Source: Eledone cirrhosa (taxonomy: Eukaryota). Taken from it: DNA of 64,000 nucleotides. Shown here piece after piece: positions 41,030-55,040 of this stretch (within the stretch, counting starts at the first letter, position 1; every line of letters starts with the position of its first letter). The notes beneath the pieces are model-generated. The model searched no databases. It saw only the letters and a list, made by a program, of their open reading frames with translations, and was not told where the DNA came from. The position numbers and the translations under genes were made by a program. The stretch lies in the NCBI GenBank assembly GCA_964016885.1, contig OZ024757.1, forward strand, positions 27,776,001-27,840,000, read 5' to 3'.

Positions 41030-42364
41030 CTGAAATGTACATTCCATTAGCACACATGTCGTGTGCTAATGAAATGTACATTTCAGTTTAAAAATTGAAA
41101 TGAAACTGAAAGGAAATGGAAATCGACAATAATATATAAATGTGAATGTCAGGAAGCCGTATCGTATCCGGTGTTTGACGAGTGTATAGCAATTCTCAAT
41201 CAAATTGCAGTTAGTGTTTACACTCATAACACCATTGTTTAATGACAGCACTTTATAGACTCCCAATGACCCCAATATATATATGTAGAATATTGAATTG
41301 TAATTTAGGCACAAGGCCAGCCAATTTAGGGGAAGGGCAAAGTTGATTAAATAACCCGCAGTACTTGGCAGGTGCTTGCTTTTATCGATGCCGGAAGAAT
41401 GATGGGAAAAGTTGAGCTCAGCGTGATTTGAACTCAGAATATAAAAAGCCAGAACAAATACGCCAATGACATTTTATTGTTAATATGCGTAAGATATTGA
41501 AAATAATCTGCATTGTCAATATAGTCGATTGACTGAACTTATTAGATGGAATTTAATCTCCCTTGCTTGCTTTTCGAGTTTAGAGGGAGTCTTTGTCTTC
41601 TAATTGCTTAGGTATTCTCATTTGATCAATTCATATCTGTCTATCTATATGCTCTCTTTCTCTAATCTGTCTTGTATTTATACATACAATAGTATCTATG
41701 TATACTTCAACAACGTCACTCTCAGGTTCAAATAAATTCGGGTGGTCGACTGTCTTTTTATTTGTCTAGATGGTGATAGTTGCAGGGTGGTGAGGCTTGG
41801 TTTTGATAAAATGCATACGAGTAAAATACTATGATATGGATATGAAATTTCGTTGATTCACTCTTGTAGATGTCGTCCTTTTCCTTCAACAAAATTGGCC
41901 TTGTGCCTAGTGAAAAGAAAATCTCTCTCTCTCTATATATATATATTACTGCTATATTATGTTACCTCTTATCTTAACTACACATCTTCCCACTGTTCTC
42001 ACACAATCAGCCAGTTTCCTTTTGAAAGAGAACACTCGTGTCACTGACTGACTATCTTTCTCCATTTCGCACACCAGAGGACACACATAGCTACTGTTTG
42101 TTTGTGTATGTGTGTTTAAACAGAAACAAAAACTGGCACACTGCTTCTATAATTTTCTCTGTATTCATCACGACTTCAAAACTCGGCATGTGTGTGTATA
42201 TATACATGTATATCTATGTGTGTATATATATATAAATAAAACGTCTAAAAGTGGCTGTGACTTCGAAGTTTCAGCTTGGTAGCTTCAGTATTGAGTACTT
42301 ATTCAATTTGAATGCCTTAAATACTATGCCATTTTAAACACACATGCACACACACACACACACA

Positions 42365-42425
<61 letters not shown>

Positions 42426-43216
42426 TTTTTAGACATACCTCCATTTTACATATATTTACAATGTACCAATATACTGTATTGTTGTTAGCCCTGGATATCA
42501 ACTCTGATCTAATAAAGGTATAATCAAAGTCGTTCCAGGCATGATCATCCCTCCCCCGACTATATATTTGTACTACATTTATTTAATTTGTCTTCTCTTT
42601 CTTAAGACAAGTTGAGAATATTTGGCTATTATTTCTAGCATGTCTGACGACCACGTTAGTTCTACTCAATCATGATTGACTAAGAGAACTGAGAGTAGCA
42701 GTAGTTAATATATTCTTATCAACTATGTGCTGTAGGTTAGCTCTTGGCAATGGGTCTCTGTGAATGAAAGGTATTCCGACCATGACCATTTCAGCTTTAT
42801 CAAGCACTGTCTTGCCACGAGTGATAGCGGGGTTAAGGTGTTGGAATAGCCAAGCACCCTTCTTACGAGCATCACCTGATATGTCAGTGAAAAGAACCTC
42901 GATATCAATGGCCCACCTCTCCCATTACTAAATGAAATTACAGTTAGAGGAGGAAGGCCTAGAGGGAATTAGTAGCAGGCATTAACTGCCAGGAATGTGA
43001 CAAAATAAATCCAAATACACAGTCTTAAGTGATGCCACAAAGAACTGAAATGATAATGTGCATAGCTAGAAAAATCAATAAATGGACCCCCCCCCTTTCC
43101 ATTCACACCTATGGATTGTCACACCACAATAGATCGATATTCGTCTCCTAGCTGGATTTTTTTTTCTTTTTGATAATGTGTGAATCTTTCTCTTTTTTTT
43201 TTTTTTATTGATCTGA

Positions 43217-43658
43217 ATCATCATCATCATCATTTAACCGCCGCTTTTCCATGCTTGCAAGGGTTGGGCGGGTCCTATTCAGCACAGCATCTCTCCACTT
43301 GTCACAGTCCTTCGTCATCTCCTCGGTGAGTTTTAGCGATCTGAGGTCTGCTCTCACCACCTCCGCCCATGTTTTGCGTGGCCTACCTTTACTGTGTCTT
43401 CCTTCTACTGGGATTTCTTGGCACTTCTTTACCCAGCGGTCATCCTCCATGAGCATCACATGTCCATACCATCTCGGCCTTCTCTCCTGCACACCACAAC
43501 TTATCCCTCTTATACACAGTTTCTTTCTCAACTCATCTATGCTTGGTCGTTCACGCACATTGACATTGCACATCCAACGGATCATACTTGCTTCATTTCT
43601 CTCCAGCCGTTGCATATCCTCTGCAGTTGCTGCCCATGTCTCACTACCATGCAGCATA
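43217..43658 (-). mobile_element. 5'-truncated RTE LINE 3' end with (GAT)n tail
   Basis: ORF 43205..43681(-) reads MLHGSETW...RWYGHV...GRPRKTW...KWR; 42 of 54 aa are identical to the C-terminal part of the 61-64 kb element. It ends in ccttgcaagcatggaaaagcggcggttaaat(gat)n. Confidence 0.9.
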
Positions 43659-43964
43659 AAGAAAAAAATATTTAATCCCATTTCCTAAATATTATTATAA
43701 TGGTTCTGAAGTGCCGGGTTTCATATGTGAATAATTAATATGTTCATGGAAACCAGACTGTATTTAGCAAGAATAATATTGCTGTTGCTGCTACTACTAC
43801 AGCAGCACTGTCCTCTGTCCAATCTCTCTCTCTCTCTTCCTATCTATATATATATACATATATATTGTAGTGGGACAAAATACACCCCCCGTCCCACTAC
43901 CCCCACCCCATCCACACCACCCCCTTAAATGTGAAGTTATGTTGGTACCACAACATCCAGTCCG

Positions 43965-44225
43965 AAACAAATGAGGTCGTGTAGGTGTCACGACAAAAAA
44001 AAAAAACACACAGTCCACGCTGTAATGTGGCCGTGTAGGTAACACGGTAAAAACCTCCCAGTCCACACTGTAAACGTGGTTGGTGTTAGGAAGGGCATCC
44101 AGCCGTAGAAAACCCGCCAGACAGTCCTATACGAGCAGGACAACCAATCTTGCCTCAAGTGGGAAAACTCCCGTCCAAACCCATGCTAGCGTGGAAGATT
44201 GACGTTAAACGATGATGATGATGAT
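43965..44225 (+). mobile_element. SINE-like family C with RTE-derived 3' tail
   Basis: ggtgttaggaagggcatccagccgtagaaa...cccatgctagcgtggaag..gacgttaaac(gat)n, with the tail shared with the RTE fragment at 43217. Other copies at about 1395-1625, 11575-11790, 15016-15136, 26090-26405, 30295-30400(-), 45755-46058 and 54040-54222. Confidence 0.8.
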
Positions 44226-45754
44226 ATATATATGAGCAAGGCATGGTCACCCGACCCAACTTGCCTCTAATGAGACAACCCGTCTAACACATGCTAGCAT
44301 GGATAATAAACGTTAGATGATGATGATATATATATAGAAGGAAAAGTTTAAATGTCTTTATGTATGATTATACATACATACCCCTCCCACATACACACAC
44401 ACATATATATATATATGTATATATATACACACACTCACAGGTGGTTGGTTTAGTCATTTTAGTCAGTGAGCAGGGTTTTTCCTATTTTTTTTTTGGCATC
44501 ATCGCCCACTTTCATATTGAAAATATTTTCCACTGTCCACCTGTATAGTAAATATTCAAAAGCATACCAAAAGTGTTTTGTAAAAGTTTGTTACTGGTTC
44601 ATTATTCCTATTTAACCTCCTGTTTTATTTTCATACAGGTTCTTTGCATATCTCCTTTGAATATATTTTTGGGGGTAGCATATGTTGAAATACATTCTTA
44701 ATACTCAAAATCCTATATCGACACCAAAATCTCCAATTGCCCACCATTTTCTGTTCAGTTGCTCTTCGCCCACCCAACAGTTGAAATCGCCCTATGGTGG
44801 GCGACATCACCCAGGTTGGGAAACCCTGCATTAAAGCATTGAATATTTGTTCCATGCGTTTACATTCTGAGTTCAAATCCTGCAGGGTTGACAAAGAAAG
44901 TACCAGCTCAGTGTTGGGGCAGCCCAACTGATAATCTTTGATATTCTGCATGGGCACTCTCAGCAAAAGTATGATACAAACTACCAAGTCATACTTGATT
45001 GCAAGTGATGGCTGTAGGCATACACACACACACAAATATACTTATATACAAGTAAATAGCAAATGAATTTCAGTTGGTTTTTGACTATGAGTATTCAGTT
45101 GCTCTACATTCTGAGTTTAAATCCCACCAAAGTCAACTTTGCTTTTCAATTTCCTGGGCTTGATAAATTAAAGTACCAGTTAAGTACTGGGGTTAATATA
45201 ATAAACTTTTCCCACATCACAAATTGCTAGCCTTGTGCCTAAATTAGAAATAATTATTTATCCAGTATGTCATTTCTTAAGCTGTTAGGCTGATGTTTGA
45301 GGGTGATTTTGGCTGCTATTTCTAAAAGAGAACCCATCGAGACTTATTCAGTGTTTAGTATATTTTTAGCACATACCCAATTCTTTATTATAGCTAAAGT
45401 TATTTAAAGTCTGTAACAAGATACTGTAACTGCACTTTATCTGTGCATTTCAAATGCAGCATGGCACTGCATAACTATCATTAGTTAAGTTGATTTTGGG
45501 GTTTGTTTAGACCAGAGTTTCCCAAACTATTTTGGATTGCTGCTCTGTCCCCTTTTAGAATATGTATTTCAGGTAAAGGACATTTGCCCATGTGCAGTGG
45601 GATCGAACCCAGAACCATATGGTAGTGAAGTGATTTATTTAACCATTTAGTCATACTGCATCATCTTCATCCTACTCAACATCTTTGCTTTTACATTGAC
45701 TTTTCTATTCTGGCGTAAGTTGGATGGGACATTCTGAAGCATTGTTTTATAGCC

Positions 45755-46058
45755 AGGTCGTGTAGGTGTCACGACTAAAAGCACCCAGCCCACACTGTAA
45801 GGTGGTCATGTAGGTGGTACGACAAAAAGCACCCATCCCACACTATAAAGTGATCGTGTAGGAGACAACAAAAAGCACCCAGCACACACTGTAAATGTGG
45901 TTGGCATTAGAAAGGGCATCCATCTGTAGAAATCCAGCCAGAAACAGTCCTATATGAGCAAAACACTGTCACCCGACCCAACTTGCCTCTAATGGGACAA
46001 ACCTGTCTAACCCATGTTAGTGTGGAAAATAGACGTTAGATGATGATGATGTTGATGA
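45755..46058 (+). mobile_element. SINE-like family C copy with three internal ~44-bp tandem units
   Basis: Repeated gtcgtgtaggtgtcacgac..aaaagcacccag..cacactgtaa units, then the RTE-like tail. Confidence 0.8.
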
Positions 46059-46244
46059 TACCCTTCCTGATACCAACAATTTTGGATGCTTTTATATCAT
46101 GCAGGGGTAGTGACTGATTGTTATTACAGTTATTTTCTCCATTTAGAATTCTCACATTTTCAAATTATAAAAATTTGAAAAGGTCAAGGACCATAAAAAA
46201 CTCTTCAGTGAGCCATAACCCACTTTTACTGACCCCCTGATTCA

Positions 46245-46450
46245 GACCGTCCCTAAATTATGTTTCAGGGGCATGTTAGCAATTCCTATGGGATAGTTTT
46301 AGGGTGTTTATACATTTACTAGGGTACATTTGGGGGTCTATTTAGACACACCCTAAGTTATATTTGGAGCCTGTTTATATAGTTACTAAGTTATGCTTGG
46401 GAGTCTGTTTAGACAGACCCTAAATTATATTTGGGGGTTTGTTTGTACAG
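46245..46450. repeat. ~30-bp degenerate minisatellite (gtttagacagaccctaaattatatttgggg)
   Basis: About 6 diverged tandem units. Confidence 0.75.
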
Positions 46451-46873
46451 CCCCAGTCCTTCAGTTGGTACAGAGAAGTCATTACATATTGCATAACAAA
46501 CGTTTGTTTTCGTTAATGCTGCATTTGTTATAGTTGTTGCTGTTTAGCCACTCCCTCCTGTATGTGTGTGCTAGCTTAGAAGAGGTACACCATATCCCTG
46601 CATGTCATATGAAATGATTAAAATGGTTAGCAACAGGAAGGGCATGCAACTGTGAAATATTGCTTTAAAAAAGATGAGTACGAACTGTATCATGAGCTTG
46701 CAAGGCTAATCTCAGCTTCAGCAGGGAATATGGCCTTAACTCTTTAGTTGTAATATTCTTAATTAATGACACTATCAATAATTAATTTGTTTATAATCAA
46801 GAATTTCGAGGTATTCATTAATAAGTGGGTGTTTGGAACAGATTCTTACATAAAATTATAAAGGAAAGTTTAA

Positions 46874-47093
46874 CCATTTAGCATTTAAACTGGCCATATC
46901 TGGCCAGAATACACTCTTCTCTTTCAGTTCAAACCAGCTGTAACTAGCCACTCATACTGATGTTAAGGTATTGTTCTCAAAATAAATAATATCAAAATTT
47001 TATAGATTCAATATTTTGTGAGATATTATGTAAAATAAAACTTTTACTGCGAAAATACAAAAGTAAATATAGAGTAATGTAAATGCTAAAGGG
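46874..47093. mobile_element. piggyBac-like TTAA MITE copy, nested in a second TTAA-type family
   Basis: TTAA flanks and TIRs; the surrounding sequence ends in gttggtatcaaaagg like the family seen at 4805 and 55525. Confidence 0.8.
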
Positions 47094-48100
47094 TTAAATT
47101 TAACTATGAACACTTGAAAACAAATTTTATTTTATCATAGAATCAGGTGCAGTTTCAAACAAGTTGGTATCAAAAGGCTTTAAATGCTTGTTGCTGTTTC
47201 GCTCTAGGCCAGCCAATGAAACAGTGATAAGCTCAGGCTTATCATTCTATTCCAAAGTTGTGTATGCTTGCAACTGGCGACTACTGTAGAAAGTTGTATC
47301 TCTAATGAAATTATTTTAATGAATCTGCACTCAGATTTGTCCATATTCAAATAAACTTTATATTATTGAATTATAGATAAACTCAGCTGGTTTGGAAAAG
47401 AAATCAAATACAACGGATCATTTCTTTGGACCAAATGGTCACAGCCTGTCGTGAAGTGACAGCTTTCCATTATACACACACACACACATATATATATTTT
47501 TCAAGAAGTTTTATCAAGCACTGTTATATCTTTCCATTTAGTCATTATGTGTCCAGTCCCGAGTGTGGGGTGGGGTCTTTTACTCTTAGTTGGTTAACCC
47601 TTTAGCATTTAAACCAGCCATATCTGGCCAGAATTTTATTATCAGCTTAACGAGAAAGTTAGTTATTTTACTAAATCCTTCGAAATTCTTTATTATTTTG
47701 AACATAATTTGAGTACTCATCAAATCCTACTCACAAACTATAAGTACCAGATTTGAAAAAAAAAGTACTAGGGTCCATTTGATTGACAAAAATTAAGGTG
47801 GTGCTCTCAATATGGCTGCAGTGTAATTATTAAACTGGTAAAAGACTAAAAAGTTACTCCACTCAACCAGTATTTGGAGATTACTTAATCTGTAGCCAGA
47901 AGTTAGGGTATTTTTTTTTTACATGACATATTTTGAGTGTTCAGTATGCAATTTTACAACCAGTTCTTATAATCTCACCCTTCTTCTCTCCCATAACTCA
48001 TAACCTCCTTCCCACTCCTTTCAAAATAATATATTTATTTATTTTCATGACAGATAATATATATCATGTGTGTGTTTATGAATGTATATGTATATCTGTG

Positions 48101-48144
<44 letters not shown>

Positions 48145-48956
48145 GTTGTGACAACTGTATGTTAGTGGCATGTCTGTATATTTTAGACAGCAATTGCATT
48201 GGCTTACTTTACATTAAAACAGTCCCCAAGTTGAAAGTTGATAGTTGTATGGTGTTGCTAAACACTGAGACACAAAACTTTTTGTCAAATGTTATTTTTA
48301 GTAGTGTGTTACAATTTTTTTTTTAATATTGTTATCATAGGAAATAGTGTTTGCTTTTATATAAATATATCATCATCATTTAATGTCAGGTTTTCCCCGC
48401 TAACATATATATATTGTGATTATTTCAAATAGTACACATACATATATATATATATACAGTTCTAGTCCTGTAGAAGCCATTTCTGTATTAAGTTTTGTTG
48501 TTTTCGCTCTACCAATGTATTTAGTACATTATTTGCTGTTGTTATTCCCAATTTCACCCGGAATCTCTCTGCCTCTGTATCAACATCATCATCATCATCA
48601 TACGTCCGCTTTTCCCTGCTTGCAAGGGTGGGACGGGAACTGATTCTGGCTTAATTTCTACAGCTGGATGCCCTTCCTAACACCAACCACTTTTACAGTG
48701 AGTGCTGGGTGCTTTTTTTTCCATGGCGCATACACGGCCACTTTGCAGTGGAATGATAGGGACCCCAGTCCTATCATCCCATTTCTACAGCTGATTGGAG
48801 CAATGAGAAATAGTGTCTTGCTCAAGGAAACAACACATCACCCAGTCTGAGAATTGAACTCACAACCTATCGATTGCAAGGCCAATGCTCTAACCACTAA
48901 GCCATGTGCCTATATATATATATAGAATTGTTTCATCTGTTGAAGTCACCAAGAAA

Positions 48957-48988
<32 letters not shown>

Positions 48989-49134
48989 GTGTAAGGTTAA
49001 CAAACAATTACAAAAAGTGTTATTAGGTTCACACTTGTATGAAATGGAAAAAGAACATATTGGGTGGTAGTCCTTCGTCAGGAAAGAAACACAAGTGGAA
49101 GAGAAGTTAAGAGAGAAAAGAGGTTAGGAAAAAA

Positions 49135-49181
<47 letters not shown>

Positions 49182-49430
49182 TATATTTACGTACACACAA
49201 GTGTGCTTGTTGAGTGTAACAACAGTTATAGGATAGAATAGGGTAGAATGGTCTCTTCAATCTGACTGAGTACATGATAACTTCTTATGTGCTGGTGCTA
49301 TGATAAAATCCACCTAACATATTATGGAAAATGGTTGACATTAAGGGCATCCATGTCTAAAAAACATGTCAAATATGGAATATATGAGGAAGACATCAAG
49401 ACGTGGTTCTCTGATCAGCCTTTGTCTTAA

Positions 49431-49638
49431 CCCTTTAGCATTTACATTACTCTATATATACTATTGTATTTTCGTGGTAAAGGATTTATCTCACATAATA
49501 TTGAATCTATGAGATTTTGATGTTATTTATTTTGAGAACAATATCTTAACATCAGTCTGAGTGGCCAGTTACAGCCGGTTTGAACAGAAAGAGGTGAGAT
49601 AATTCTGGCCAGATACAGCCAGTTTAAATGCTAAATGG
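49431..49638. mobile_element. piggyBac-like TTAA MITE copy
   Basis: TTAA flanks, same TIRs and internal sequence as 27000-27220. Confidence 0.85.
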
Positions 49639-50639
49639 TTAAACTTATGAGCAAGATGTTGCTCCAATCCAGCTAGTCTTGGACTGTTACAACCTGTTCA
49701 ATTCATTGCCAGCTTGGAAAGTAGACATAAAAGATTGATGACAATGATATTGCTGAAAGTGGTCAGGGTAGCATTTTAACTAATCAAGACGGTTTGTTAG
49801 CTGCGCTTAATTATTTTCATGTCTATTAATCTTACATGATCCAATTATCAGTTTAGGTAAAGTACATAACGTATCTTCTGAATCTATTTTTGGATCACTG
49901 TTTCTTTTCTTAAACCCTTGCCAGTTTGTTGGTTTAAAGTTTTATAATAGAGTTTCATAATAAAACTTCCATTACAGCTACGTTGCATGTTTTTCTATCA
50001 GTTGGCTTGCTGATGTTGAGGATGAGGGCAGAGAAGAGAAGTCTTTTTTTGAAAAAATTAGACAGAAGATAGGTGGTGTATTCACACACACACATACATA
50101 CACAAACTTTCAGATACATACACGCACGTGAATGTTTACTTACAGATACTTGCACTTAAATGTTTACAGACCTGCTAACCTCTAAAAATCCAATCAGGGA
50201 GTACCATGAAAAGGGGAGATTTTACATAATGAAAGCTATGCCCATTTTCACAAGAGAAGACATCTTTCACCCACCCCAAAGTGGGTGGGAGATCTCCCAG
50301 TCCAATGAGGAGAGTTGACAGGTCTGCATATACATACTCACAAATTTGTTCTTATGTACATATATTTACACACACACATATATCAACATGTATATTTTTG
50401 TTTTTCCATGCTGGTGAAGGCACGTGATCTAGTTAGTGGTTATGGGTTTGATTCCCAGACTGGTTGACATGTTATGTCCTTGTGCAAGGCATTCCATTTC
50501 ATGCTGCTTCAGTTCACTCAGTTGAAAATGACTGTCAGCAGCAGCTGGAAGTTAACTATGTGTGTGTGGAGGGACCTTGTATTCTTGATCACTTAACATG
50601 CATAAATCTGGGATAAGCTCTGGGCTTTGTTCAGCCTGA

Positions 50640-50960
50640 GAGGGTCATGAGAGCAGAGTCCTCAAACACTCTTTCCAGTGGGTCCTGTCAGAAGCAACCG
50701 TCTTCAACTGATCTGGCTGGTTTCCCAAGTGTGACCAGCCAAGCTCATGGATGTTACCCAAACATCTTCCTCGGGGGTCTACCCCTGGGTCTTTTGTCAG
50801 TTGGTTTTACCTCTAAAATTTGTCCAGCAATTCTTTCCTGAGACATTCTAACCACATGGCCATCGTATCAGAGCTGTGATCTCTCAATTCAGAGAAGTAG
50901 TGGCTCTACCTGGAGTAACTCTCTTATCTTCGAGCTACACTATCAAGTAATGTTACTGTC
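50640..50960 (-). mobile_element. Degenerate RTE-type LINE 3' fragment (second family)
   Basis: The minus strand reads IRELLQVEPLLL*IERSQL*YDGHVVRMSQERIAGQILEVKPTDKRPRGRP, an RTE C-terminal pattern with stops. Confidence 0.75.
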
Positions 50961-53900
50961 AGTTTACTGCATTGCTTATTTTTAAATCCAGCACAAATCC
51001 CCAGTGCAGTCATTTACCTTGAATACATAGGCAGATACCTTTAATGCGCAATTTCTTGCTATTAATGCGTAACCAGTCTATCTTTCAGCTCACTCAATAC
51101 TTCATCTCTGCAGTTTCATATCCAACAAACCATACGTAACTTCATTTCTTTCAAGCTGCTGCACATATTTATTTTTACATTTAATACCATGAAACACCAT
51201 CACACTCCTTACACCTATTTCTTACAGATGGTTTTGAAATTTGTTTGCAGGAAAAGTTTTTGAAACATACTTTTATATATATGTATTGTTTACCTTAATG
51301 TTTATTATTAATAGTATTATTGTTGTTGTTGTTCTTATGGTAGACTGGCAGAATCATTAGAACCAAATGCATTGCGTATTTAGTTATGTTTTTCTTTTTT
51401 TATGTTCTGAGTTCAAATACTGCTGAGGTCAACTTTGCCTTTCATCTTTCGGGGTCAATAACATAAAGTACCAGTAATGTACTGGGGTTGATATAATTGA
51501 CTTTCCGCTTCCCACACATTACTGGCCTACTGCCAATGTCAAAAAAGAATTATTATTATTTATATATTTGAGATGCATGAATATTTATTTCTTTCTTTGG
51601 CAATGTAAGTTCAGTAAAAAAAAGTACTTTTGTTATCTACCATTGTTAAAGCCATAAGATAACAATGGTAGAAGAGTGCTTTTTATTTTTTGTTTCTTCA
51701 CAAAAGCTCTTTGCCTCAATCCTGTTCATCTTACCCCCATTATAAAGCTAAACTATTTACAATATGACTAGCCACACATTGTTTCATCTAAAACAATGAC
51801 ACTATTCATGCCAATATGTTTTATTCATTTATTTATTTGTCTATTTTACCTGTTTCATATTGAATTTTTTTATGCTACAATCATTAATAGGATGAATGCA
51901 GTGAATTTGACAGGGTTAGAACGTTGAACAGCAGGCTTTATAGTGTTCATACTGGTTCTCTGTGCTCAAATCTTACTATGGTCAACTTTGCCTTTCATTT
52001 TTTCGAGGTCCAGTACTGGGGTTGATTCTTCCTCTATATCTCTTTCTCACTTCCTCTCTCACACTCTCTATCCTTCTCTGGAAGAAATTGGCTATGTTCA
52101 CACCTAAGCTCTGCCAGGTTTAAAGTGCCCAAGACACATCACAACAGCACCCCTACAACTCCATCAGGAGTTACAGGTCTGTATATACACACATTAGTGG
52201 AATGGTTTTTAACAAACTGAATCATTATCAGAATACTGTTGGAGTAAGTGTGTTTATTAATCCTTTTAAAACCAATATTCTTGAAATTGTCTCTGGTTTG
52301 GTTTTATGAAACAAAGCCTTTCGTATTAAAATGTTCATATTTAAATTTAAACCAATCTTCATAATTTTATCTATGAACATTTTTTTAAAGTTATCTTTCA
52401 AACACCAGCTTAATGAAAGAGTTAGTTATTTTACTAAATCCCTAAAAATTCTTGATTACTTTCATAAAGATTTGAAAATCATATGCTGAGGTTTTTAATA
52501 GAAATATGCTGACAGGATAAATGGGATGGTTTTTAACAAATTAAGGTATCATTGACATACTGTTGGGGCAAGTGAAGTTTTATGGCTAAATGTTCTTGCT
52601 TATTTCCTTACAAGGCAGTGAATTGTTAGTTATTAGTGTGTTGGATTAAATGCCTCAGTATTCGTTATGCCTCATTGCACTCTGCATTCAAATACTGCCA
52701 TGGTCCACTCAACTTTCATTTTATTAGTTTGGTGAATACAACACCAGCCCAGAGATAGTGGATTTGCTGAATTATTAAAATATTGGACAGGATGCATTTG
52801 TGGTGTCTGTTTCACTTCTGTGCTGTCACAGGAAAAACCTGGTTAATGGTAATAGTAATGGTAAGATTAAAACTCCAGAGTATTTGATCAGTAATGCAAT
52901 ATATATTCAGATACCAAGTAACTAAGTGGTTGAGATATTTTATTGACCCAAGCAAAGTAAGTTAAAACTTTGCTGCCGGTGTTCAGCTGTTGTGTTTCCT
53001 TAAGAAACATAACATTATATTCTACTTTGATCAAGATCAATGTTACTGAAAATGAATATTGCTTCTCATGCTTTTGTGTGCAAGACATTTGAAAGGTCAG
53101 TAGACAAGAGTAAACATTTCATAACCAACTAACTATAAAATGGTATTTGCTGTATGTTCAAACAAAAAAATTGAATTTACAGATACCATACTAGCCTGAA
53201 GCATCAGCATCATCATTGTTTAATGTCTATTTTCCATGCTTGCATGGATTAAACAGGCTGTTACATGATGAGACTACACTGGTCAGATGACCACGTATTG
53301 CTTATATATTCCAGTACAGGTTTGATTTTCTGTGGTTTTAAGCTTTTCCGAACACCAACTGCCAACCACCTTACAGGGTGTACTGGAAGATGCTTTTTAT
53401 CATGGCATCAACATTACCACCTTGAAGAGTGGATGAGAGGCTCTTTTTTTTTTGTGGCACCAGTACAACCTCCTTATGGTGGTCACTTGATCTGTGAAAT
53501 CAAAGGTCAGCATCAAGTGAGCTGTGGACCATTGAGGTGTTCTTCATTGGCCTTGGACACTTATCAAATCTTTATATGTAAGATATAATATTATATACAT
53601 GCCGGGCGCTGAGGTATTCTCTGTGAACCTCATACCTTTCAAAATTTTTATATGTAAGACATGATATAATATACATGTGGGCTATGAGTAAAACTAAAAA
53701 AAAAATATAAAGAGTGGGCTATCCTAAATACACTGCCCTGAAGATAAACAAAAAACAAAAATGGGATGGTCATGGCAAAAATGTTTTAATCATGTATCTG
53801 TTGTTACATTAAAGCTGACCTAGGACTGAGCAACGACAATCACATTGTTGTTGTATTAGGGCACATTTTTCCTGTCAAATTTTTTTCCATTTCCAGAGAT

Positions 53901-54737
53901 ACTTTATCTGATTTTCTCAACTATTATTTATAGTGAACAACTATCATTGTTATGGTCTTTTGTATTGTGATGCACACATTTTAGATACACCTACCAAATA
54001 CATACATCTGTGTGTGTGTATATATATATATACACACACACACTGTAAATGTGTTTGGTGTTAGGAAGAGCATCCAGCTGTAAAATACCTGGCCAAATTT
54101 ACTGTCCTGTCGGAGCAAGGTACAGTGTGGGTAGTTTTGGTCAGATTTGTCTCCCAATGTGGACGACCTGTTTAACCCATACAAGTATGGAAACATTTAT
54201 GCTAAATGGTAATGAGGATGATACACAAGCTTCAGATGTAATAATTTTGATAGTCCACAAGGGAAGGGCTTAATATATAATAAAGTAAATATGTATGTGC
54301 TTGTGTGTGCATGTGTGTGTGAGTGTATATAATAATATATATATATACACACACACTCAGACACATGCTAGTTTCTGTGTAGCTGTCTGCTATTTCATCA
54401 CTTATGTGTTAACATAAAATAAACCAGCTCTGTGACATTTATAGTTCTCACACCGCTGTAAGATGAACATTTTGTTTTCCATGTCTGAAATTTTTTTTTT
54501 TTTTATTAATAGTAATAATATATCTGGCATGTCAAGAATTGTCTTTGTTTTTTGTTTTGTTTCATCAGAAATTTCTATTCTCACTTATCAAGGTCATATT
54601 AAAATAATCAAAATTTGAAAAAAAAAATGACTTAAATTACCATTTACATTTGTACCCGCTCTTGACACTACTAAAAAAAAAAAAAAAAAAGATTTTATAT
54701 GTATATGTGTATGTATGTATATATGTGTATGTGTGAA

Positions 54738-55040
54738 GGCACGTGGCTTCGTGGTTATGGTATTCGGCTCACTACCATAAGGTTGTGAGTTCGTTTCCCA
54801 GCGATGCGTTGTGTTCCTCAGCAAGACACTTTATTTCCCATTGCTCAACTGGCAAAAATGAGTTGTACCTGTAATTCGAAGGGCCAGCCTTGTCACATTT
54901 AGTGTCACTCTGAATCTCCCTCAGAACTACATTAAGGTTATACATGGAGTGCTCAGCCACTTGCAAGTTAATTTCACAAGCAGGCTCTTCCATTGATCAG
55001 ATCAATTAGAATATTCGTTGTAGTACCCAACAGAGTGCCT
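54738..55040 (+). mobile_element. SINE family B copy
   Basis: ggcacgtggcttcgtggtt...gagttcgtttccc...gtgttcctcagcaagacactttatt. Confidence 0.75.
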
